A stretch of 64,000 bases of DNA from a virus: IMG/VR virus record IMGVR_UViG_3300035682_000004; one strand, 5' to 3'. Shown one piece after another: positions 37,704 to 48,367 of the stretch (positions are counted from its first letter, which is position 1; the number at the start of each line of letters is the position of its first letter). The notes beneath the pieces are model-generated. The model was not told the origin of the DNA and did no database searches. It worked only from the letters and a program-made list of their open reading frames with translations. A program made the translations under genes and the position numbers.

Positions 37704-37735
37704 TTTGGCTTTATAAATAATAAATGTTATATTTA
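37704..37735 (+). promoter_or_regulatory. Bacteroidota-type promoter
   Basis: TTTG-N20-TATATTTA, 4 nt before ATG 37740. Confidence 0.75.
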
Positions 37736-37739
37736 AGTG

Positions 37740-38669
37740 ATGAGAGAGCACAAGTTATATGTAGAAAAATATCGTTCTAAAACACTAGACGAATATGTAG
37801 GTAATGATACCTTAAAACAAGTAATAGCAAAGTATATTGAACAAAATGATATACAAAATTTATTACTATATGGCCCTCCAGGAACTGGAAAAACTACATT
37901 AGCAAAACTTCTTATTAACAATATCAACTGTGACCACCTCTATATAAATGCAAGTGATGAAAGAGGAATTGAGACCATACGAGAAAAAGTACAAGGTTTT
38001 GCCTCAACTGCCTCATTTAAACCTTTAAAGGTAATCATATTAGATGAGGCAGATTTCATTACAATTCAAGGACAAGCCGCTTTACGAAATGTAATTGAAA
38101 CTTATTCTATGAGTACTCGTTTTATTTTAACTTGTAACTTTATAGAACGAATTATTGATCCACTACAATCTAGATGTCAAGTATTAAAAATTGTACCTCC
38201 ATCTAAAGGTGAGGTTGCAAAACATGTTGTTACTGTTTTAGAAAAAGAGAACACTGAATATGATTTAGATTCAATTAAAACTGTAGTAAACCAGTTTTAT
38301 CCTGATCTAAGAAAAATTTTGAATACATGTCAATTATCAACACATAGTGGTAAATTAACACTAGATAAGTCAGTATTAATTGCTTCTAATTATATTGATA
38401 AAGTAATATCTGAACTTATTAAACCTACTCTTACATCTTGGAAAACAATAAAACAAATTATTGCTGATTCAAATATAAGTGAGTATGATGAATTGTTTAG
38501 ATCATTATATGATAGAATAGAGGAGTATAGTAAAGGAAATGATGGTGAATTAATTATCTTAATTTCAGAGTCACAATATCAATCTAATTTTAGAATTGAT
38601 AAAGAGATAAACATTATGGCTTGTATATCTCAAATATTAAAGGTTATATTAAAGAAAAAGGTTATATAG
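37740..38669 (+). CDS. Clamp loader ATPase subunit (RFC small/T4 gp44-like)
   Basis: VEKYR, GPPGTGKTT, NASDERG, LDEAD, SRC. Confidence 0.95.
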   Translation: MREHKLYVEKYRSKTLDEYVGNDTLKQVIAKYIEQNDIQNLLLYGPPGTGKTTLAKLLINNINCDHLYINASDERGIETIREKVQGFASTASFKPLKVIILDEADFITIQGQAALRNVIETYSMSTRFILTCNFIERIIDPLQSRCQVLKIVPPSKGEVAKHVVTVLEKENTEYDLDSIKTVVNQFYPDLRKILNTCQLSTHSGKLTLDKSVLIASNYIDKVISELIKPTLTSWKTIKQIIADSNISEYDELFRSLYDRIEEYSKGNDGELIILISESQYQSNFRIDKEINIMACISQILKVILKKKVI

Positions 38670-38670
38670 A

Positions 38671-38868
38671 GTGAAGTTTACAAAGTATCTATTGTCTTGG
38701 ATATCTCAAAATTTAGCAGTTCCATTTTGGATGATAGGTCATGTTCATTTAACAATGAACATTTATGAAGACATATACGAGATAATAGCTTCATTTGGAA
38801 TGAATATTATAGTAGCAATAGGATTTTATATAGATTGGTTAAGACATAAAAAAGAAAACAATGAATAA
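38671..38868 (+). CDS. Small membrane protein
   Basis: GTG start; two hydrophobic segments. Confidence 0.55.
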   Translation: MKFTKYLLSWISQNLAVPFWMIGHVHLTMNIYEDIYEIIASFGMNIIVAIGFYIDWLRHKKENNE

Positions 38869-39115
38869 ACAGCAAGTACCTCAAGCACAAATTGACTTGA
38901 CAACAACTACCCCAATTACCTCACCTGATGGTAATTCAGTATTCCAAGAAGGAGTAATTTTAAGAAAAGTATCTCGTTTCATTACAGGACAAGCAGAAGA
39001 TGGTGTTATTCCAATCCCATGTTTTTTTGATATTAAGACAGGAAAAATTATGTCTAATTTCTTACCTAAAGAATTAAGAGCAGAATACGCTGAATTAAAC
39101 AAAACACAAGACTAA
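38861..39115 (+). CDS. Hypothetical protein
   Basis: VFQEGVILRKVSRFITG..IPIPCF. Confidence 0.65.
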   Translation: MNKQQVPQAQIDLTTTTPITSPDGNSVFQEGVILRKVSRFITGQAEDGVIPIPCFFDIKTGKIMSNFLPKELRAEYAELNKTQD

Positions 39116-39534
39116 TGACACCTTGGGATTTTATAAAAAATCTTACTGTAAATAAAACAAAGTGGGATTCATATACTGAGAATGAAAAAAATGATTTTAA
39201 CTCATATATGGCTCATAAAGTATTAAGTATGGATGAGAAGTATATTGAATTAACAAACTTAGTTCAAAAGCTACCTCCAGCTGAAAAGAAACAAATATAT
39301 AATGTTTACTTAAATATTTTACCTACTAAACCATTATATAGTAAGTATATAAAATCCACCATTAAGTCTTATTCACCTGAACTATTAACTCATATAGCTT
39401 TTTATTTTGAATGTTCAAAAAAGGAAGCTAGTGAATATATTAAAATATTACCTAAACAGGAAATGGAAAATATATTCAGTGAGTTAGGTTTAGATGAAAA
39501 ATTAAAAAAAACATTAATTAAAGAAATAAAATAA
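39115..39534 (+). CDS. Probable clamp loader small subunit (T4 gp62-like)
   Basis: FNSYMAHKVLSM, YFECSKKEASEY; near gp44-like gene. Confidence 0.7.
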   Translation: MTPWDFIKNLTVNKTKWDSYTENEKNDFNSYMAHKVLSMDEKYIELTNLVQKLPPAEKKQIYNVYLNILPTKPLYSKYIKSTIKSYSPELLTHIAFYFECSKKEASEYIKILPKQEMENIFSELGLDEKLKKTLIKEIK

Positions 39535-40016
39535 TGTCAGGTCCAATTAAAAAATATAATAACAGAGAAATCAATTTTCATAAAGAAATGTCAGAACCAG
39601 TAGCATCTTACAACACTAAAGTGAAAGATCACTCTAAAGAAGCAGCTCAAATTAATACTAAACTAATTGACTATCCTAAAATGCCAGAAGCAATTCAAAT
39701 ATTAAAAAAAGAATATCCTACTATTGCTGATGGTTATGAACAAATAATTTTAGAACAATATGAATTATTTGCTAAAAAACATTTAGACTATGGTATGTCA
39801 AATATTTCAGCTGGTACTCAATTATCAAATACTGATGAAATAGAATTTGCATTAACTGGTTTATGGTATAGACTAAATGATAAAGTTAATCGTTGGAAAA
39901 ATATGATTATCAATAAACGTAAGGTAAATAATGAACCTTTAATTGATACATATCAGGATATTACTAACTATGGAATTATAGCTCAGTTAGTAGAACGTGG
40001 TCTTTGGAAGAAATAA
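39534..40016 (+). CDS. DUF1599/Nmad1-like protein
   Basis: KKHLDYG, RLNDKVNR, DTYQDITNYGII. Confidence 0.75.
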   Translation: MSGPIKKYNNREINFHKEMSEPVASYNTKVKDHSKEAAQINTKLIDYPKMPEAIQILKKEYPTIADGYEQIILEQYELFAKKHLDYGMSNISAGTQLSNTDEIEFALTGLWYRLNDKVNRWKNMIINKRKVNNEPLIDTYQDITNYGIIAQLVERGLWKK

Positions 40017-40960
40017 TGGCTAAGAAATTACCTAAAATAGTTAAAGAAATTAGGAAGTATAAACCTAGAGATACTGATTATAGATTTGAAAAAACTATAT
40101 CGTATAGTCAAATGTCTATGTTTAGATCTTGTAATCACAAATGGCAATTACAATATAAAGAAGGTAATTACTTATATCAACCTTCAATCCATTTTATATT
40201 TGGAACTGCAATGCATGAAACAGTACAACAATACCTTACTGTAATGTATGAGGAAAGTGATATAGCATCAGATGCTTTAGATTTAAATGATATATTTGAA
40301 ACTAAACTAAGAGATTTATATGCTGATGAATATAAGAAAAATACTAAGACACACTTTAGTAGTGCTGAAGAGTTAAGAGAATTTTATGAAGATGGATTAA
40401 ATATAATATCTTACTTAAAGAAGAACAAGAAAAAATATTTCAGTAAACGTGGTTGGTACTTAGTAGGTTGTGAAGTACCCATCGTATTAAATCCAAATAA
40501 ACTGTATAAAACTGTGTTATATAAAGGGTATTTAGACCTTGTATTATATCACGAGCCAACAAATACATTCACTATAATCGACTTTAAAACGTCTACTAGA
40601 GGATGGAATGACGCAGCTAAAAAGGATGAAGATAAACAATTTCAATTAATACTTTATAAACAATTTTTTGCTGAACAGTTTAATGTTCCTGTAGATTCAA
40701 TTGATATTAATTTTGTTATATTGAAACGCAAAATATATGAGAACGCTGAATATGCTCAACGCTACATTCAAGAATTTAAACCTGCAAGTGGTAAAGTTAA
40801 AATAAATAAAGCATTAGAAGCTATAAATGATTTTATAACTAGTTGTTTTAATTTAGATGGGACATATAAAGAAAAATCACATACTCCTAATCCAAGCGCG
40901 TTTAACTGTAAATATTGCCCATACTCATCAAACAAGTTATGTGCTTTTGCACTCTCTTAA
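40016..40960 (+). CDS. PD-(D/E)xK Cas4/RecB-like nuclease
   Basis: SYSQ..C, GTAMHE, GYLDLV, IIDFKTS, QLILY, CKYCPY..C. Confidence 0.88.
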   Translation: MAKKLPKIVKEIRKYKPRDTDYRFEKTISYSQMSMFRSCNHKWQLQYKEGNYLYQPSIHFIFGTAMHETVQQYLTVMYEESDIASDALDLNDIFETKLRDLYADEYKKNTKTHFSSAEELREFYEDGLNIISYLKKNKKKYFSKRGWYLVGCEVPIVLNPNKLYKTVLYKGYLDLVLYHEPTNTFTIIDFKTSTRGWNDAAKKDEDKQFQLILYKQFFAEQFNVPVDSIDINFVILKRKIYENAEYAQRYIQEFKPASGKVKINKALEAINDFITSCFNLDGTYKEKSHTPNPSAFNCKYCPYSSNKLCAFALS

Positions 40961-40965
40961 ATTAA

Positions 40966-40997
40966 GTATATATTTATAATAAAATATCAATATATAC
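40966..40997 (+). promoter_or_regulatory. Inverted repeat containing late motif (40970-40978)
   Basis: GTATATATT (40966-74) pairs with AATATATAC (40989-97), ending 6 nt before ATG 41004. Confidence 0.55.
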
Positions 40998-41003
40998 AAC
41001 ATT

Positions 41004-41195
41004 ATGGAAAAAAAAGATATGACACTTACAAGTGTCAAAATACAAAGTGAATTATTCGAAGATTTTAGAGTAGAATGTGTTAAACGTAAATTTTCATTTC
41101 AAAAACTAGCAGATAGATCAATCCATCTATACTTAACAAATGAAGAGTTTCGTAAAATGATACACAGTCATACAGGCTTAAGTTTGGAAAAATAA
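41004..41195 (+). CDS. Small ribbon-helix-helix-like DNA-binding protein
   Basis: LTSVKI strand followed by two helices (SELFEDFRVEC; SFQKLADRSIHLYL). Confidence 0.6.
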   Translation: MEKKDMTLTSVKIQSELFEDFRVECVKRKFSFQKLADRSIHLYLTNEEFRKMIHSHTGLSLEK

Positions 41196-41214
41196 AAAAT
41201 AGTTATTATAATAA
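41183..41214 (+). promoter_or_regulatory. Bacteroidota-type promoter variant
   Basis: TTTG-N20-TATAATAA before GT cluster. Confidence 0.5.
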
Positions 41215-41228
41215 ATTAAAACAGTTAT

Positions 41229-42671
41229 ATGAATTCAAGTTTCGCTTATTTGCCTCCTGAGAAGAGGAAGAAAATTCTCCTAATATGTGATGATATTAGA
41301 GTCCATTCAGGAATTGCTACTGTCGCTCGAGAAGTAGTTTTACACACCGCACAACATTTTAATTGGGTTAATATTGGAGGAGCTATCCAACATCCTGATG
41401 CAGGTAAACGTTTTGATTTATCTCAGGATACAAATGTAAATTCAGGTTTAAAAGATTCATCTGTAATCTTATATCCAGTAAATGGCTATGGAGATCCAAC
41501 ATTATTAAGATCTTTAATCCAAATTGAAAAACCAGATGCTATTTTTATTATTACTGACCCAAGATATTTTATTTGGTTATTCCAAATGGAAGGTGAGTTA
41601 CGTAAAAAATTACCTATTATTTATTTAAATATTTGGGATGATTACCCAGCTCCACTTTATAATAAAGCATTTTATGAAGCTTGTGATGCGTTATTAGGTA
41701 TTTCAAAACAAACAGTTAATATTAATAAATTAGTATTAGGTGATAAAGCAAAAAACAAAATCATTAAATATGTTCCTCATGGTTTGAATCATGAAATGAT
41801 GTTTCCAATTGATGAAAAACATGATCAATATAAAGACATGATTGAATTCAAGAAACAAGTATTTGGAGGAAAAGATTATGAATTTGTAGTTTTCTTTAAC
41901 TCTAGAAACATTCGTAGAAAACAAATTCCAGATACAATGTTAGCCTATAAATACTTTATAGATCAATTACCAGAAGAAAAAGCTAAAAAATGTGCTTTCT
42001 TATTACATACTCAAATAGTAGATGATAATGGTACTGATTTAGAAGCAGTTAGAGAGTTATTATTAAATGATGATAAGTATAATGTTATATTTTCTCAAAA
42101 TCGTTTAGGATCTCAACAAATAAATTGGTTATATAATTTATCTGATGTTCAAATTCAATTAACATCAAATGAAGGATGGGGATTAAGTTTAACTGAAGCA
42201 TTATTAGTAGGAAATCCAATTATTGCTAACGTAACAGGTGGAATGCAAGACCAAATGCGTTTTGTTAAAGATGGCAAATGGATGGAATTAGACGCTGATT
42301 TTCCTTCAAATCATAATGGCACAATTAAAGAATGTGGAGAATGGGCATTTCCAGTATTTCCAACTAATAGATCATTAGTAGGTTCACCTTTAACTCCTTA
42401 TATTTGGGATGACAGGTGTACGTCAGAAGATGCAGCTGAACAATTAATGAATGTTTATTCTTTAAGTAAAGAAGAAAGAAAAGCTAGAGGAGCAAAAGGT
42501 AGAGAATGGGCATTAAGTGATGAGTCAGGATTTACATCTGAAAAAATGGGTGAAAATATTATTGAAACATTAGATGAATTATTTGCTACTTGGAAACCAA
42601 GAGAAAAATATGAGTTTATTAATTTAAATAAAGTAAAAGACAGAGTTATTAACCACAAATTATTATATTAA
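41229..42671 (+). CDS. GT-B glycosyltransferase (GT4-like)
   Basis: VPHG, NSRNIRRK, NEGWGLSLTEA, TGG. Confidence 0.88.
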   Translation: MNSSFAYLPPEKRKKILLICDDIRVHSGIATVAREVVLHTAQHFNWVNIGGAIQHPDAGKRFDLSQDTNVNSGLKDSSVILYPVNGYGDPTLLRSLIQIEKPDAIFIITDPRYFIWLFQMEGELRKKLPIIYLNIWDDYPAPLYNKAFYEACDALLGISKQTVNINKLVLGDKAKNKIIKYVPHGLNHEMMFPIDEKHDQYKDMIEFKKQVFGGKDYEFVVFFNSRNIRRKQIPDTMLAYKYFIDQLPEEKAKKCAFLLHTQIVDDNGTDLEAVRELLLNDDKYNVIFSQNRLGSQQINWLYNLSDVQIQLTSNEGWGLSLTEALLVGNPIIANVTGGMQDQMRFVKDGKWMELDADFPSNHNGTIKECGEWAFPVFPTNRSLVGSPLTPYIWDDRCTSEDAAEQLMNVYSLSKEERKARGAKGREWALSDESGFTSEKMGENIIETLDELFATWKPREKYEFINLNKVKDRVINHKLLY

Positions 42672-42676
42672 TTGTT

Positions 42677-43990
42677 ATGAGCAAACCATTATTTATTATA
42701 TCATCACCATTTGATACATTTTCAGGTTACGGAGCTAGAGCTCGTGATTTAATTAAAGCAATTATTGAATTAGATAGATATGAAGTAAAATTAATTCCTC
42801 AACGTTGGGGAGAAACACCTTGGGGATTCATGGATGAAAATCCTGAATGGGCATTTTTAAGAGAACATACATTATCAACTCCTCAATTACCTAAACAACC
42901 TGAAATTTGGATGCAAATTACAGTTCCAAATGAATTCCAACCAGTAGGAAAATATAATATTGGAGTAACAGCAGGAATTGAAACAACAGCTTGTTCTCAT
43001 GAATTTTTAGAAGGTGTTAATAGAATGGATTTAACTTTAGTTTCATCTAATCATGCTAAAAAAGTATTCACTGATACTAAATTTGAAAAAGTTAATTCTC
43101 AAACACAACAAAAAGAAGGAACAATTGAATTAATTAAACCAGTTGAAGTATTATTTGAAGGAGCTAATATTGACATTTATAAAGTATTAGATAAAGTAGA
43201 TACTAAACAATCATTCTTAAAAAATATAAATGATATACCAGAATCATTTGCTTACTTATTTGTAGGTCATTGGATGCAAGGTGATATAGGTGAAGATAGA
43301 AAAAATGTAAGTTTATTAGTTAAAGCGTTTTATGAAATATTTAAAAACAAAGCTAAAGTACCTGCATTAATTTTAAAAACATCTATGGTAGGTTCATCTT
43401 ATGTTGATAGAGAAGAAATAGCTAAACGAGTAAAAATGATTCGTAAAACAGTTAAAGCTAATAATTTACCTAATGTTTATTTATTACATGGTGAATTTAC
43501 AGATGAGGAAATGAATACATTATATAATCATCCAAAAGTAAAAGCAATGGTTAATTTAACTAAAGGTGAAGGTTTTGGAAGACCATTACTTGAATTTAGT
43601 TTAGTTAAAAAACCTATTATCACTACTAATTGGAGTGGACAAATAGATTTCTTAAGTAATGAATTTACTACTTTATTACCAGGCCAATTAACACCTGTAC
43701 ATCCAAGCGCACAAAATACAATGTTATTAAAAGACACATCATGGTTTTCTGTAGATCAAGGACAAATAGGTCATTATATGAAAGATATATTTGAAAATTA
43801 TAAAAAATATATTGATGGTGCTAATCGTCAAGCTTATAAATCTAAAACAGAATTTAGTTGGAGTAAAATGAAGGATAAAATAGATGAATTATTTATTAAA
43901 AATATTCCTGAATTTCCTAAAGAAGTAGCTTTAAAATTACCTCAACTTAAAAAAATTGAATTACCTAAATTAACTAAAATAAATGGATAA
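42677..43990 (+). CDS. GT-B glycosyltransferase (GT4-like)
   Basis: SGYG, DRKN, KGEGFGRPLLEF. Confidence 0.88.
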   Translation: MSKPLFIISSPFDTFSGYGARARDLIKAIIELDRYEVKLIPQRWGETPWGFMDENPEWAFLREHTLSTPQLPKQPEIWMQITVPNEFQPVGKYNIGVTAGIETTACSHEFLEGVNRMDLTLVSSNHAKKVFTDTKFEKVNSQTQQKEGTIELIKPVEVLFEGANIDIYKVLDKVDTKQSFLKNINDIPESFAYLFVGHWMQGDIGEDRKNVSLLVKAFYEIFKNKAKVPALILKTSMVGSSYVDREEIAKRVKMIRKTVKANNLPNVYLLHGEFTDEEMNTLYNHPKVKAMVNLTKGEGFGRPLLEFSLVKKPIITTNWSGQIDFLSNEFTTLLPGQLTPVHPSAQNTMLLKDTSWFSVDQGQIGHYMKDIFENYKKYIDGANRQAYKSKTEFSWSKMKDKIDELFIKNIPEFPKEVALKLPQLKKIELPKLTKING

Positions 43991-44438
43991 CTTAACAATA
44001 TGTAAACATTGCGGAAGTGATGCTTGTTATACTCAAGAAGTAACTCCTGAAATAACAAATCAATTTTGTTACGGGTGTGGTTTTCAAACTAACACACTAA
44101 TGAAAGAAGGTGAAGAGTTCTTTGAACAACAAAAAGAATTACTTCCTGAATTATATAAAGACCTAATTCATAAAGATAAAGAAGGACAAATGTGGATGCC
44201 TAGTATGATTAATGTTCCTGATAAAGGAATGGTATTTGCAAATGGAACTGATTTCAATGATTGGAAATGGGCAGCAGTTAAAGCAGTAGTAGTAACTGAA
44301 GAAGAAAAACATAAATATCCTATTAAAGGAAAAAAAGATCAATATTATGAATTTAGAATGGATATGACTACTATGAGATCATTTTTTGAAAAAGATTTTA
44401 TGGACGCTTTATCTTACATAGGAGTTTTACCTGAATAA
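43983..44438 (+). CDS. Zn-ribbon protein
   Basis: CKHC..CY..CYGCG. Confidence 0.65.
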   Translation: MDNLTICKHCGSDACYTQEVTPEITNQFCYGCGFQTNTLMKEGEEFFEQQKELLPELYKDLIHKDKEGQMWMPSMINVPDKGMVFANGTDFNDWKWAAVKAVVVTEEEKHKYPIKGKKDQYYEFRMDMTTMRSFFEKDFMDALSYIGVLPE

Positions 44439-44439
44439 T

Positions 44440-45081
44440 ATGAAAATAAGTTACGCAATTTTAACTCACAATGAAGGCCAGTATATTGAAACTCTCCTTT
44501 CATTTTTAACAACTCATAAACGTTCTGAAGATGAGATTGTAGTTGTAGATGATTTTTCTACTGATTTAGAAACAATAGAAATTCTTAAAAAATATAACCA
44601 TCAAATTAAACTTGATTATAGAACATTCGATGGAGACCATACTCAAAAAAATCATTTAAACAGTATTTGTACTGGTGATTATATTCTACAACTTGACGCT
44701 GATGAGTTAGTTAAATCTGATTTTATTGAAATGTTACCTCAACTGTTAGAAGATAATAATGAAATTGATTTATTTATTATGCCTCGAATTAACACAGTTG
44801 AAGGTTTAACACCTGAATATATCGCAAAATGGAGATGGAATGTAAATGAAAAAGGTTGGGTTAACTTCCCAGATCATCAAATGCGTTTATATCGTAATTG
44901 CAATTGGGTAGAATGGGATGGTTTACTTCATAGTAAAATTAAAGGACATAAAACATTTGTTTTTTTACCTGTTGATGAATTATTTTGTATTTTACATCCT
45001 AAACAATTAGAGCGTCAAGTTGCTCAAAATGATTTATATGATAAAATTGAACAAACAGGAAGAATAAAATATAAAGTATAA
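44440..45081 (+). CDS. GT2-family glycosyltransferase
   Basis: ILTHNE, VVDDFSTD, LQLDADE. Confidence 0.88.
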   Translation: MKISYAILTHNEGQYIETLLSFLTTHKRSEDEIVVVDDFSTDLETIEILKKYNHQIKLDYRTFDGDHTQKNHLNSICTGDYILQLDADELVKSDFIEMLPQLLEDNNEIDLFIMPRINTVEGLTPEYIAKWRWNVNEKGWVNFPDHQMRLYRNCNWVEWDGLLHSKIKGHKTFVFLPVDELFCILHPKQLERQVAQNDLYDKIEQTGRIKYKV

Positions 45082-45084
45082 TCA

Positions 45085-45747
45085 ATGAATAAAATAAAGT
45101 TTTGTATAAGTTCTCATAAAAATTATTATGATTTAACTTATCCTAAGTTGATACCAAATATGTTAGAAAATGGAATACCACCTGATGATATTTATTTTTT
45201 TATAGGAGGATATAATTCATATAATAAATTAGAAGATAATAATAATATTAATGTTTTTACAGTAGACCATAATTCAATAGATTTTACGGGTTTAGTATCA
45301 GTGATAGATTTAAATTTAAAATCTGATTATTGGTTTTTATTACATGATACTAGTTATATAGGTTCTAATTTTTACTCTTATTTATTAAATTTTGATTATA
45401 ATAATGAATTAGCTATTCCTTTAACTAATGAATCATCTATGAATATAGGATTATATCATCAACTTTATTTAGATCAAATTAAAGATGAATTACTAATAAA
45501 CTTTAAAAATAAATCAGATAACCCAGATGATATACAAAATTTTAAAAAATATCTAGTTAATACAGAAGACCATTTCTTAATAAATTTCAAAAATAAATTC
45601 CTTAATCCAGAAAGTAAAATAACAGAAGGACCTATAGATGTTTATAATAGTGGAGTTTTAAGAGTGATAGAACATTTTAATCAGATAGATTTACATAAAA
45701 TAAAAGCTAATTGGTATGTTAAAGAACAATATACTGTAATAATTTAA
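45085..45747 (+). CDS. Putative GT-A-like glycosyltransferase
   Basis: DYWFLLHDT motif; cluster context. Confidence 0.5.
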   Translation: MNKIKFCISSHKNYYDLTYPKLIPNMLENGIPPDDIYFFIGGYNSYNKLEDNNNINVFTVDHNSIDFTGLVSVIDLNLKSDYWFLLHDTSYIGSNFYSYLLNFDYNNELAIPLTNESSMNIGLYHQLYLDQIKDELLINFKNKSDNPDDIQNFKKYLVNTEDHFLINFKNKFLNPESKITEGPIDVYNSGVLRVIEHFNQIDLHKIKANWYVKEQYTVII

Positions 45748-45762
45748 AATATAAAAATAAAT

Positions 45763-46845
45763 ATGTACGATTATATTATAGTTGGAAGTGGATTTTTTGG
45801 TTCAATATGTGCTTATGAACTTAATAAACAAGATTATAAAGTATGTGTTATAGAATCAAAAAATCATATTGGTGGAAATTGTTACACTGAAAATAAAGAT
45901 AATATCAATATTCATGTTTATGGTCCTCATATTTTTCATACATCAAATGAAAAGGTATGGAAGTGGATTAATCAATTTACTTCATTTAATAATTTTACTT
46001 TACGCCCAGTAGCTAATTATAAAGGTGAAATTTATTCTTTACCATTTAATATGTGGACGTTTAATAAGCTGTGGGGAGTAACTCATCCACATGAAGCTAA
46101 ATCTATAATTGATGAACAAAGCAGAGGAATAAATGAACCTGTTAATTTAGAACAACAAGCAATTAAACTAGTAGGTAGGGATGTCTATGAAAAATTAATT
46201 AAAGGTTATACTGAAAAGCAATGGAGAAAACTAGCTACAGAATTACCTAAAGAAATTATTAAACGTTTACCTGTTCGTTTTACTTATGATAATAATTATT
46301 TTAATGATAAGTATCAAGGTATTCCTATTGGTGGTTACACCCAAATATTTGAAAAACTATTAGATGGTATTGATGTAAAATTAAATACTAACTATTTCAC
46401 AGATGAATTACCTGAACATAAAAAAGTAATTTATACTGGACCTATAGATAAATTTTATAATTACCAATTTGGAGAGTTAGAATATAAAACAACTCAATTT
46501 GAACATGAATGTTTACAACAAGAAAATTATCAAGGAACAGTAATGATGAATTTCACAGATGTAGATGTTCCATATACAAGAATTATTGAACATAAACACT
46601 TTGAAAACTCAGAGTCAGATGTAACATGGATTACAAAAGAATATCCAGTTGATTATAAAGCAGGTAAGACAGAACCTATGTATCCAGTTAATGATGAAGA
46701 AAATAATAAAAAATATCTCCAGTATAAAAATTTGGCAGACCAAGAAAGTAATATTATATTTGGAGGTCGATTAGCAGAGTATAAATACTATGATATGCAT
46801 CAAGTAATTGAATCAGCGTTAAATAAAATTAAACAAATAATATGA
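45763..46845 (+). CDS. glf: UDP-galactopyranose mutase
   Basis: IVGSGFFG, HIGGNCY, HVYGPHIFHT, YTEKQW, RIIEHKHF, GRLAEYKYYDMHQVI. Confidence 0.97.
   Translation: MYDYIIVGSGFFGSICAYELNKQDYKVCVIESKNHIGGNCYTENKDNINIHVYGPHIFHTSNEKVWKWINQFTSFNNFTLRPVANYKGEIYSLPFNMWTFNKLWGVTHPHEAKSIIDEQSRGINEPVNLEQQAIKLVGRDVYEKLIKGYTEKQWRKLATELPKEIIKRLPVRFTYDNNYFNDKYQGIPIGGYTQIFEKLLDGIDVKLNTNYFTDELPEHKKVIYTGPIDKFYNYQFGELEYKTTQFEHECLQQENYQGTVMMNFTDVDVPYTRIIEHKHFENSESDVTWITKEYPVDYKAGKTEPMYPVNDEENNKKYLQYKNLADQESNIIFGGRLAEYKYYDMHQVIESALNKIKQII
46731..46762 (+). promoter_or_regulatory. Bacteroidota-type promoter inside glf 3' end
   Basis: TTTG-N20-TATATTTG, exact TAnnTTTG. Confidence 0.55.
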
Positions 46846-47675
46846 TTAATTTTGATTTTAATAATCCATCTAATGAAAGAATTTCTATTGAAATTAAAGA
46901 TGGAGAACTATTAATTAATAAAGGAACAGGATGGGCGGATAGAAATAATAGTATGGAACGTCTCTTATTAACTATTAAAGATAAAATTGATTATTCAAAA
47001 AATAAAAAATTTGTAATTAATACTGGAGATAATCCTATTAATAATAGTAATTTTCCTTATCCTGTATTATCTAATAGTACTAAAGAAGGATATTTAGATA
47101 TTCCAATTCCAAGTTTTATTTATGACCATTGGAATGAGACAAAAATTGGTTCTTGGGAAGAAATTATTCTACAACTGTTAAATAAAGGAGCTGATAACGC
47201 TATTAATAATAAAGCAATATGGATTGGAGCTCCTGTAACTCAACAAAGAATAGATGCGTTTCATTATTTTCAACATTATAAAAAATTAGTAGATTTTTGG
47301 CTTATGAATTGGGATCAAGTTCGAAACCAAATTCCTGAAGCTAGATATTTAAGTCTTACAGAAATGTTAGATTATGAAATCCTATATGATATTCCTGGAG
47401 TTGGATTTAGTGGAAGAACATGTTATTTTTTCTTTACTCAACGTCCAGTGATTAAATTATGGGATGGGCATGTAATGTGGTTTAATAAGTATTTAACTGA
47501 TAATAGTATTGTCTACGCTAAAGATTTAGATGAAATGATTATATATACTAAAACTTTATTAAATGATAAAGAATTATATAATGAAGTAGTTAAAAATACT
47601 TTAGAAATAGGTAAAAAATATATTAGTAAAGAAAATGCTTTAAATTATTTAATTGAAGTTATTAATAATATATGA
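46842..47675 (+). CDS. GT90/CAP10-like glycosyltransferase
   Basis: DIPIP, KAIWIGA, YDIPGVGFSGR. Confidence 0.65.
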   Translation: MINFDFNNPSNERISIEIKDGELLINKGTGWADRNNSMERLLLTIKDKIDYSKNKKFVINTGDNPINNSNFPYPVLSNSTKEGYLDIPIPSFIYDHWNETKIGSWEEIILQLLNKGADNAINNKAIWIGAPVTQQRIDAFHYFQHYKKLVDFWLMNWDQVRNQIPEARYLSLTEMLDYEILYDIPGVGFSGRTCYFFFTQRPVIKLWDGHVMWFNKYLTDNSIVYAKDLDEMIIYTKTLLNDKELYNEVVKNTLEIGKKYISKENALNYLIEVINNI

Positions 47676-48364
47676 AAAAATATTTAGTTATTTCTACTGT
47701 AGGTGATGAATCACTTCACTCTGAATGGATACAAGATAATCCTATATTTGATTTAGTTTTAATTTATTATGGAAATAATAAAGATATAGCTGAAATGTAT
47801 TCTAAACAAACACCTTATGTTTATATGGCTAAGGGAGAAAAATACCATCTGTTAAAATCATTTATTCTATCAGAACTAGAATTTATTTCTCAATATTCTT
47901 ATATTTGGCTACCTGATAATGATGTTTCTATTTCTACAAAAAATATAAATAAATTATTTGAATTAGCAAATAAATATGAATTATCATTATGTCAACCATC
48001 AATGAACGGGTATGTTTCTCATAGAATTACATTACCTCAACCTAATAGTTTATTAAGATATACTAATTTTGTTGAGGTATTAGCCCCAATGATGAATTTA
48101 GAAACATTATTACTTGTCAAAGACACATTTGATGAAAATTATTCAGGATGGGGATATGATTTTTTATGGCCTTATATGTTAAATTATCCTAAAAATAAAA
48201 TAGCAATTATAGATAGTATTGTAATGAAACATACTAAACCAGTTGGAACTGATTATTCTAGATTTCCTAAACTCCCAAGTTTGGAATCCCAAGAAATGCT
48301 TAATAAATTAGCTCCTGATTTAATAATTGAACAAAAAGAATATACAATTTTACCATTAATATAA
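47672..48364 (+). CDS. DUF707-like putative glycosyltransferase
   Basis: YSYIWLPDND, CQPS, TNFVEVLAP, GWGYDFLW. Confidence 0.7.
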   Translation: MKKYLVISTVGDESLHSEWIQDNPIFDLVLIYYGNNKDIAEMYSKQTPYVYMAKGEKYHLLKSFILSELEFISQYSYIWLPDNDVSISTKNINKLFELANKYELSLCQPSMNGYVSHRITLPQPNSLLRYTNFVEVLAPMMNLETLLLVKDTFDENYSGWGYDFLWPYMLNYPKNKIAIIDSIVMKHTKPVGTDYSRFPKLPSLESQEMLNKLAPDLIIEQKEYTILPLI

Positions 48365-48367
48365 AAT

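Noticed and set aside
39972-40016. tRNA D-arm-like string TAGCTCAGTTAGTAGAAC
   Set aside because: Inside a conserved CDS; no paired anticodon stem, no GTTC T-loop, no acceptor stem.
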